Assembly: GCA_037379345.1 (NCBI GenBank)
Contig: CM074511.1
Span: 46,072,862-46,136,861 of the forward strand
DNA from: Perna viridis
Taxonomy: Eukaryota
Direction of reading: 5' to 3'
DNA: 64,000 nt
Each line of letters opens with the position of its first letter. Position 1 is the stretch's first letter. Below, one piece after another: positions 54,287 to 64,000 of the stretch. The notes under the pieces are model-generated. The model ran no database searches and was not told the DNA's origin. It saw only the letters and a list, made by a program, of their open reading frames with translations. Position numbers and translations under genes: made by a program.

Positions 54287-55220
54287 TTACGAAAGCCCAA
54301 TGAGCTCATTTCGAAGAATTAAAAAAAATCACGTTATAACGCGAAACTTTCGCGTAATAAATGTCTATCATTTAGTTGAAATATACGATATAGTGCGTTT
54401 CCTCGCTGTTATGGTGGTTATGAATAAACTTCTCAGGGGTGGATCCAGGATTTTAGATTAGGGCGCGCACAGTTAAAAAATTTTTAGCTTAAATTTTTGA
54501 AATATTTTTTTCTAGATTGGGTGCAGTGTAAATAGCTTTTGTGGCGAGAAATTATAGTTTCAACCTAAAACCGCCTAAATCTACCCATGACAATCCATGC
54601 TTTGTAAATTTTAAGGGGCATATGCCGACCACGCCCCAGCCTGAATCCGCCCCTGCTTCTCATTGAAAGTAAAAGCATTTTATTTCGATGACCTTGCGAC
54701 CGCTATTTTCTTAAATCTAGTGGGCAGCGAGATCATTTGCATGCCTCTGCAAAATTTAAATATTTTGTTACTAGCGCATATCGGCTTGCGTAAGAAATAC
54801 ATACTTAATATTTTTTAATAATTTCTATTGTTGATGTTGATCTATTTATTTTGTTTGCATATTTTTTTCTTTTTTGGGGGAAAAAGGTAGCTTCCCACTG
54901 ATTTTGCATTTGTAATTAAAGTGAAAGTGTTTTAATCCTAAAATGTATGTCTGTAATCACGTAGATAAAAACATAACTACTGCTTTATATTAAGAACAAA
55001 ACGGTTTTAAATCTCTGCATTTCGACCTCCAACACAAAATGCAGAGGAAAAAGTACTGGATACTCAAAGTGTAAAAATACTGGCAGACACATCATACAAG
55101 TTTCGCGCTATTACGCGTAGTGATCGCCTTATTTCACAACAGTTTCGCGTTATCTCGCGACAGTTAGGTGTTGTAACGCGATTTCTTTTGTCTGCAAAAT
55201 GAGCTCAAAGGGTTTCGTAG
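54287..55220. mobile_element. Old TIR element of about 0.9 kb with long imperfect inverted repeats
   Basis: tacgaaagcccaatgagctcattt...aaatcacgttataac versus the reverse complement of gttgtaacgcgattt...aaatgagctcaaagggtttcgta. Confidence 0.55.
54434..54655 (+). mobile_element. MITE with CAGGGG termini and 5-bp TSD
   Basis: TIR caggggtggatccagg/cctgaatccgcccctg; TSD cttct on both sides. Confidence 0.8.
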
Positions 55221-57634
55221 TAAGTAATAGGGTATGTAAGTCTCGTCACGTGACTCCGTGGTTTCGTAAGAATGGGTCCTAGTCTACCATTCAAATGCAC
55301 GGAGATTCGTCATTAACATAGCATTGAGTTCAATATTAAAAGCGAAGTATCATTTTTTGGGTAAAAATACTGATTGAAAATGACAATTATCAAGTTCTAA
55401 GAGATAAAAATGTTTAGAATAGCATAAAATAAAAGATTTTGCATTGTGAAGCAGCGTTTCAATTTCCCGGAAGTACACACTAAAATGCATATCGGTCTTC
55501 GGATTTCAATACGTTCTACACCAGAAATTCCGGAAGGGAAACTGAAACTTACAAACCCTAGTGTAGGTAAGTAAGTGAATTTTAATTTAAAGAGGGAACT
55601 CAAGAAGTCAGAACCGGCTTAATTTTCACCGATGCCGTGAAAAAGGATGCGGTACGTTTTCTTTTATGTTTCGTTTAGATAGTTAATCAAGATGGCTTTG
55701 TTGAAGTATTTGATCAAACTGTACCTCCAAACAAACAATCGCCTATTTAATGGCATTATGGCGCAATAAATTAATCTGTTAAGCGTCATCTTCTTATAAT
55801 AAAATGTAGAACAATATGATGACGATATCGTTGTCTTACGTGTGACCGACATTTTTACCATTCAAGTGTTTGTTGATCTGTCACGTCAAAATATTGCTTT
55901 TATTTAGTGCACTTTAAAAGGTCATGACACTCTGTTTGCTTCTCTTTGACATGTGATATGCATTACGAAAAGTGCCATTCCGGTGTTAATATATTTCTGT
56001 CATATTATGATACAGTCGTCGTCGTCGTCGTCGTTAATTCAGGCTGCTGAAACACTTCGCTTTCTCATGCTTTTTTTAACTTTTTTATCAGTATTTAATA
56101 TCGTCAATGTTCCAAGTTGTTAATCAGAGCTGCTTAACTACCGTAACGTTTCATTTTTTGTTTGTTTGTTCGTGTGTTAGTATTTGTTGGTTTTCTAGTT
56201 TTGTTTGTTTGTTTTTTTTATATCACAGAAAGCTACTTGCTATAGGCGACTTAATCATTTTACAAGCTTAGTCACTTTTAAAACGTTATTCTCTCTGCAT
56301 TTTCTGGTCGAAATAATTAAACACTATCAACTTGAATACTGATTTTCGGTGTTTTGTTTCATCCGAAGGGCAACTATTTTGAGGCCAACTGGCAGTCACT
56401 TCTACTTTAAAAATTTTATGTAAATAAAAATTAAGGAAACAGTATGTTTAAAAAAGTTTCAAATGGAAGCATTTGATTTCGGGTACAATAGCCACATTCA
56501 TTTTTTATGTCTGATTTTTGTGACACTGATTTATGGTCAAATTTTATCTCATACGCAACATAATTTAAGAGTCAATTTCCCCATTATAGAACGGAGATAA
56601 TTATACATGGTGATTTCAATTTCGATTTGTAATATTATTAGTTTCAAAAGTTAAAAATGATTACCAGCAGACAGAATATTCCCCTTATTTGTATAGTTAT
56701 TAATACAAAGACGTCTCATTGTCAATGGTAAGGATATTTACACAAAGTGTTCCCTTTCGAGGATCAATTCGTTCTGTTTAAAATCTTGACAAAGCATCAA
56801 ACTGTCGGGAATTATAATTTGCTTATCTTTAGGTCATCATGTCAAAATAAAATCGCCTACAGTGAATTGCCTGTGCTACATGTTTCTATTCATATTATTC
56901 AATCAATTACATTTTGTGAAATTTAAAAGTCGTAAATATTTAATTTTATTGAAATTAACCTTCATAAAACCTATGGTTACGAGTTTGACAAGGAAGGTAT
57001 GTCCTTGTTAGTCCATATATTTTTCATATCCTTGTGTATTTCTATCATGAACTTATACGATCTGCCTACCAACTCATTAACCAAACAACAAAGAAACCCA
57101 GTGGAACCGTTCGATAACAATAATTTTGGGTTAAAAGTTGTGAAGTTTATTTGCGCAAGGTACTTCACTTACTTTGTTTAAGATAGAACATAGTTAAAAT
57201 GCTTTTCACAACTGATTGAAGGATGTTTATTACACCCAGGTAAAATTCAGAAGAACGTAAATACACAAAATTTTATGTTACCTTTAATATTGGACCAAGC
57301 AGTCTTGATTTCAGTCAATTTCTCGGTCGATAACAATAAAGACATCAATCTAACGGATAAAAGAGATTGGGTCTGTTGTGACTTTAGTGATAATTTGTCA
57401 GAGTACAAATGACTTGTGAAATCCGCAGCATCCGGGAAACTTCTACAAAACCTGCACTAAGAAGCAATTGATTTCCAGTAAGAGGATTATATTGGTAGCA
57501 CTTTTCTAGTGCAGACTTGTGAGACAAATATTTACAGATATTTTCTACATGATCTGTGATGTCTTTTGTCACGCCTGTACCCTGGAGCGAAATTGATTGT
57601 GAAAGTTTACTTACTTGTTTGTAGTTTATTACGA

Positions 57635-57665
57635 TATATAGTTTGGGAACAGTCAGCTGCTCAGT
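57635..57665 (+). promoter_or_regulatory. TATA-like (TATATA 57635-57640) plus Inr (TCAGT 57661-57665) of the gene at 57728
   Basis: 28-nt TATA-to-Inr spacing. Confidence 0.5.
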
Positions 57666-57727
57666 GGATGAACTTATTATAGAGTGATCGGTGTGAGTTT
57701 ATCATTAGTGTCTGGAAATCATTGACA

Positions 57728-58216
57728 ATGAGAACGGAAAATGTTAAATCGCGCAGGACGCTAAAATCTAAAACACAAAGTATAGAGAGCAGTGTTATGA
57801 AGTTGACTCGGAGTAAAACACTGACGATCCCAGAGGCAAACAACACATCAATTGCTTCGTCTATGGACAATGAAAGATCTCACACACCTTTATCACGAAC
57901 TACCAGTTTACCGTCCTCGTTCAGTAATATAGAAAGAAACCCGTTACCAATAGGTTCTGACGCCTTCCAGGCTGTGTTGAGAGAATTTGTTGATGAAACA
58001 ACAGACTTTCCTGAACCGAAACAAAAAGAAACAAAGGAATATCAACATGAGGAACAACAATATCAACCCCCAAAAAAGACATCAAGTCTCAGACGAACTC
58101 AGTCTGAACGAATTCCAGGACGATCTGTGAGGTTTGGCGGGTTGGAGATAGAAGGAATTCCATCATCGTCTCATGGGCTGGCAATAAGACTATCTTCCAC
58201 CGATTTTAAAATTTGA
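57728..58216 (+). CDS. 162-aa intronless, Ser/Thr-rich, probably disordered protein; putative PP1-interacting protein (RSVRF), divergent family member C
   Basis: First ATG at 57728. Shares LPIGSDAFQAVLREF with the N-terminal motif of A and B; SSLR...RSVRF; TATA/Inr upstream; AATAAA at 58627-58632. Confidence 0.8.
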   Translation: MRTENVKSRRTLKSKTQSIESSVMKLTRSKTLTIPEANNTSIASSMDNERSHTPLSRTTSLPSSFSNIERNPLPIGSDAFQAVLREFVDETTDFPEPKQKETKEYQHEEQQYQPPKKTSSLRRTQSERIPGRSVRFGGLEIEGIPSSSHGLAIRLSSTDFKI

Positions 58217-59989
58217 AAGTTTAATGTATATATTTTCTTATGTTGTTTGTATGAAATTGTATATTTTGTCGAGAGGTTTGAAGGAATTCGAGTGCTAGGT
58301 ATTCGAGAGTCTTTCGTTGTCCATACGCGGATATTAAAGTTGGATTTCTTCTCATGTTTTACCGTAAATGGAGGTGAAGAGTTATCCTTACTAAAGTCAG
58401 TATAGAATTTCAATTTCTATATATGTACAGTAAATGCAATAATATCATTGTCTTTCATCTGTTGTTTGTAGTATGTTTTTATTTGTCTTTATGTGAAATC
58501 ATGGTATCTTCATTGTATAAAAGTTATTGATATTACAATATTTTACGTGTATGTATTTCACGCTGTTTTACATTTTCTTTTAAATGTTCCTTCTATACCA
58601 ATATGGTTCAAGTAATATATTGAACAAATAAACGAAGAATCAAAACATGAACTTTTTTTTAATTACAAGGACTGGAAATAAGGATTTTTTTTCAAATGTA
58701 TAACATAAATATTTTGGCCAACCTGAATGGTCAATTTTATACCACACTGATTTTAATACATTCGATAAATAGTATTGTATTATAATTATATTTCACGACT
58801 AAACAATGCTGGCTTGTTGATATTAAGTGTAAAAACAGACTGCAAGTTTTGTATATTCTTTAGAAGAATCGGCATGCATGTAATTTTGTCTGTATGTACC
58901 ATGAGTTTTCATACATGCGAAACAAAGGAAGTCACTTACAATATAGAGCACCTAAGAAACAACGGAGCATTAGCCTGTGACCTCACATTACAAGAAAAAG
59001 ACCTTTTTGTTCAGAAACTTGTGTCAAACAAATGCAAATGTCATTTTTTAATAGATTTTTAGAAATAGGGGATATCTCTATGTAACTTTGATCGGTATAT
59101 AACTTTTGCAAATTTCTATATGCAAGTTGCAAAAAATAGACTTCTGAACGTATACTTTCACAAAACTAGTATCGTATTTAACATAACCGCAATTAGGCAA
59201 GTTCTTTAATGTTTACTAATACCGGGATACTATGTATTTACATAATACCACTAATTACTTTATATGGTCCACTTTTCTTTTCCTAAACAAAACAATACAA
59301 TCCTTTCATCAATAAAACAATCGTTACAAACAAATATATCTAATTGCTACTATTTGAATCCGATGAGGATGTAATTTCCTTAGTTTATACAAAATGGTGT
59401 AGTGTCGATAACAATTTCTTAACATAAACCACGGCTTATTTGCCTTTCATGGAACAGTAACTACTTGGTCTATTTTTCATTTCTCTAAACAAAGATAATT
59501 ACACTATAGAATGTGTTCATCAATAATAGAAAAGACCGACATATAAATGTCTGTTTAGTTTCTATTCCATCCATTATCATAGCTACTTGTTAGTAGGTCA
59601 TCATGCAATGGACAAGTAAAACGGTGTCCGCCATAGATTCTGTAACTGTAGGTTGAGTGTATGCACGTATACTCTCAGGTTATAAATTAGGATTGTCATC
59701 CTCTGGCCTTAAAACTATCGAAGTCGTTTTCGGAACTGGTGCACTGGGTATTCATGATCGTTCTCTCGTTAACATCTTTTCTTATTTTTGTGGTGGGCGC
59801 ATATGTTCAGACTAAATTTTTCTGTTTCGGGCTTGTCGTTTGAAAAAAATGCTAGATATCCATTTATGTAAGGCTTCAATACCGTGTTGTGTATTCATTT
59901 AAAGCAAGTCTTTTTTTCATCAATGATCTTTTTAATTTGCAACAGGGCTTTGGTGGAGTAAAAATCTGTGATTTCACTCTATTACAAAT

Positions 59990-60242
59990 CAGGGCCGGAT
60001 TCAGGCGGGGCGTGGCGGGCGTGACGGGTAAAATTTGCAAAGCATGGGTTGTCAGGGGAAGTTTAGGCGGTTTTAGGTTGAAACTTTAATTTCTCGCTAA
60101 TTTTATCAATAAAGATGTGTACATTGCACCTACTTTAGAAGAATATTTAAAAAAAAAATAACCTAAATTTTTTTTTTGCCTCTCCGCTCGGCGAAATTTT
60201 ATCAGTGCGCCCCCGTAATCTAAAATCCTGGATCCGCCCTTG
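59990..60242 (-). mobile_element. Second copy of the CAGGGG MITE, inverted relative to 54434-54655
   Basis: TIR cagggccggattcagg/cctggatccgcccttg; flanks caaat/caaac; internal sequence is the reverse complement of copy 1. Confidence 0.8.
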
Positions 60243-63104
60243 CAAACAAGGGTGATATCTTCTACCATGGCTTAATTTTGAGTTCATGGAGTCTCGAACG
60301 ATCTATACACATCTTAAATACTGTGTGCCTTTTTTATTTTGTTAAAAAATTGTTTTTGTACTACTTATTGACTTCGTTATCAACAGCCGAGTTTGTTATG
60401 GTTTTGTGTGATCTTATTCGATTTCGACTCGAATCAAGAAAAACTTTAACTGTTGACACAAGAAAAAAATGTGAATTAACAAACTCTTGATGTATGTCGC
60501 CTAAATTATAAATAGGATTCTTTGATCCAAAGCCAAATCTCCGAATAAAATTTGCGGATATTGACTGAAGGAACTAAAAAGCTAAATCAAATAATTATTA
60601 TTTTCTTGTTCACCTCGTTATTAAATTTATCTGATATGATATGCTTATGGTAATTTTCGTAACAATTTAAAGCTGCCATTAGAGCTGTCGTATACAAGAA
60701 CTAATTATATCATTTACAGCTGTCATTATACAAGCTGCCGTATATAAGAACTCATTATGTCTGATTTTTCATCCGTCCGTGCGAGACCCGACAGGGTAGT
60801 CAAGGACGTTAAAAACCCCCTTAGTTGATTTTTCATATACCTGCACTATACCACTTCCTACAATAACATGGTCATTTTATTTTATATATTTTTTAATTTT
60901 TTTCTGTTATAAACTAAATCAATTTGTAAGCTAGAAGTAAATTAAGTGTCGAATTCAACCATGCTAATTATTATTTTACTGGTTAACGGGACGTAAAATC
61001 TTCATAGAAAGGAGATGTTTACATGTTGTAAAGGTAATCTCTTCCTCATATAATTACCTCACACTTTAATGCTTTATATACGACATATGTGATATATTAT
61101 TCAAATAAAATTTAAAGGTTGCATTCATCTCGTCCCGTAACGTGTAGTAATATTTTATCTCTGAACACTTGATCTTCAAAAGATCAATTGATCAATTGAT
61201 TTTAGATTAAGAAATACAAAGATCAGATAAACTCTAGAATATTGTTTAAATATGTATTTTCACGTTTCTCGCTGCGCAGACAGGTTTGTAAATGATTATA
61301 GTTCTAGACAAATACATCTTGTTTATAGAAATTTACAATCTTTATTTGATTTTATTTAAGTGTTTGACATTCTGTCCTCGATAGAAGTATGTAATTCAAA
61401 CATCAATTTTTAATTAAAAAAAATGGTATGTTGAGGCACATAAACTTTTTATACAATATCTAGCGATATAACAAGCCAAAAATAGGGGAAAGCAAATATT
61501 CATGTTATCTGCTTCGTGGCATTTTGTATGGCTAAATGTCTTGTGAAAAAAGTTTTTCAAAACAGTTTCAATACACTGAGTATATAAATAAATCAAAATG
61601 AAATTTTTAATGTAGATCGTACCTTATATTTTATCTATAAATTTCCTAGATGATGTATGGTAATTCTACTTTGGAATTTCAATTTAAAAGCAAATGTCAG
61701 CGATCATGATTCTGAGATATTTGAGTCGTAATTCTGGCGAATTTCACATGATTTATAGATTATTATTCAGGAAATTTTCACCTTTTCGTTTATAAACTTG
61801 TATATAAAACTTCTTATAAATTAGTTAGAAGATAATGAATGACATTGTTTTAAATTAAAAAAAAGGTCAGCGATTTTTTTCTTGTTATTTAGAATAAAAA
61901 GATTTTAGTTTTGTGGGTTCTTAGCTCCTGGTGTGCTACTGTCATCACTTTGCGTCCATCATCTTTAAATATCTTCTCCCCACCGGGATGAAAAAATGTC
62001 AACCCAAGACCACCCATAGTTTTTCAATGAACGACTGGGAAATCCTTACACCACAGGACAAGTTTCAGCTGGCCACAAAACAACATTATACAAAGGTACA
62101 GCGCAATAGTTCCCCTATACACTCCAGCAACATAAAAGTGAACTGAATGTGGAAACGAAACAGTACATACTGAGACCAGAAATTCCAGATATAGGACAAG
62201 CGCAAAAAATGCGGCAGGGTTAAAATACTTTGGTGTTTTTTTTTTTAAATCTGGCCACTGTGACAAAAATATTACAGTATTATTGCATAAGATTTTCCGT
62301 ATTGGCTTAGTTATTGGTCCGAGGTTAGCTATATTGGACTGAAGCGTATAATAAAATTATACCTTTTTTGATTAACTAGTCCAATACATGTACGTCATAT
62401 TGGCCTAGGTCAATATGGATTTTAACCAGGCCAATATGACGTATTGGACGGCTAAATCCCATATTGGATGGCTGAAACTCTTATTGGCGCACTTTTGTAT
62501 TTTGTATTGTATTGGCAGTTTTGATCATATTTAAGCTAGTATTCGACGGTTAGTCAATAACACACTATAAAACACGCCTAAAATCAGTTCAAAAAGGTCT
62601 AAGTTCCCTCTTAAAGCAGAAATATAAAAACTGATTATTCGTAACACAAATGCATAGACAACGGACTACTAGCAGTTAACTGACATACCAGCTCAAGACC
62701 ATTTTAAACCTACAAGAAGTTCTCATCGTCAATGATATCAATCCAAATACATCCATGCGGGGTTGAGATCTACGGTACTTCATAAGTCATACAAAAAGGT
62801 CACAAACCATGTCACGCCGAAAACTTCTTTTACAGTAAGGACACTCAGTCTCTCCTCGGAATACACCAACAAACACCATATAGACAAATAAATACAAAAA
62901 TACCATACATAAGTGTATAGCTAATTTTGACACGCTGAACATGTATTTCAAGGAGAAACCTCACCTCAGCAGCATTCAAATCAGGTATATAGGAAGATTT
63001 AAATCCAAACATTAATTGTATACAAGAAGTACTCGAAACAAAACTATGGAAATAGAAAGTCAAATCCATCACCGAGAGGTCTACAATTTGCAATACAAGG
63101 TATG

Positions 63105-63527
63105 GAGGAGTAATCAAGTTAACCAAGATTCTAGAATGTAATCCTGGGACAAAGACCAGGCATGGAAAACAGACGAACACAACAAAGAACATAAAGCAGC
63201 TAAAATAGTACATACGAAGTAACAGAAGTAAATGAGCAACTCGGACTCCACCAAAAACTGGCAGCATGGACCAGGTGCACCGGTAGGGTAAGTGTCCTCT
63301 GCTTTTTGCTAGGAACACCCGCTGAGTTGCTTATAAATGGTCAAGTCCGTGGTAGACAAAAGAGGAAAGGAAAACTATGACACGTTGAACAAATCATTTT
63401 TCATGAATACACTGTAACGATCCACGAGTTCATGGTGACGACCATAAAATTTCTGCAGTGATGACTTTAATCTTGTAGCAACATAACCCTGTTCCGGAAG
63501 CCTAATTGTAAGAAGTTTAGGGCGATA
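63105..63527 (-). mobile_element. 5'-truncated Naiad-type family A copy (RT C-terminus plus 3' end)
   Basis: Minus strand encodes IRLPEQGYVATRLKSSLQKFYGRHHELVDRYSV, then the family A 3' region. Confidence 0.85.
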
Positions 63528-64000
63528 CAAAAAGCCGGAGTAAACAGCCTCAGTGTTTTAGGCATTTTGAAATGTGTGATACTGCAAATTCTGATAAATA
63601 TGATTAATAAATTCTGTTAAAATTCGGTGTCAGAGAAGTCTGACTACTGGGTTAGTGAATACTCTCGGGGACTTTCGGTTAACCAGCAGTGACATTGAAT
63701 TAGTGGTCATTAAAGACAAAAATGCCAACTATATATACTACAAATATCCATATCTGGTCGTTGGAGTAGCAACGTCAAGTACTAAATACCCAAGATTTGA
63801 TGTAGTGCAGTACCCCAAAAATGACTTAGTATTTTTCAAAGGAATGCAATTACGGGTAGAATATATATATTTGTGAAAACATGGTTCAAAGAATCGACAG
63901 TAATTTGAAAATAGTTTCCATTACGAATAAATCTTTCAAGAACAGTTGATAAATCCGTCGGATTTTTTTTTTTTTTTTTTGAAAGAACGTGCTTTCCGTA

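Noticed and set aside
1-64000. CRISPR array, rRNA, tRNA or prokaryotic operon
   Set aside because: No regularly spaced repeat-spacer units or recognisable structural RNA genes; the sequence is intron-containing eukaryotic DNA.

Overview
AT-rich, repeat-dense eukaryotic genomic DNA with spliced genes. The Mab-21 gene type and the repeat content suggest a bivalve mollusc; this is inferred, not database-checked. Five host genes are supportable. (i) Three intronless, TATA-associated small genes on the + strand (4739-5077, 28043-28348, 57728-58216) share an LP[LI]GSxx[FY]xxVLxx[IF] motif and each carry an RVxF/W-type PP1 docking motif. They look like a dispersed cluster of small PP1-adaptor proteins that I do not recognise, and are the top candidate for a new system. 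(ii) A Mab-21/cGAS-like nucleotidyltransferase (cGLR-type) on the - strand has a 13-nt coding first exon. (iii) A 4-exon, 412-aa gene has a restriction-endonuclease-like (PD-(D/E)xK) C-terminal region in a CpG-poor gene body. The rest is transposable-element debris: Naiad-like Penelope retroelements (one carrying an insertion of its own 3' end), a hammerhead-ribozyme-bearing repeat, a CR1/L2-group LINE with a twin-priming-type 5' inversion and 11-bp TSD, SINEs, MITEs and Helitron/Helentron-like repeats. Most short ORFs in the supplied track are spurious.
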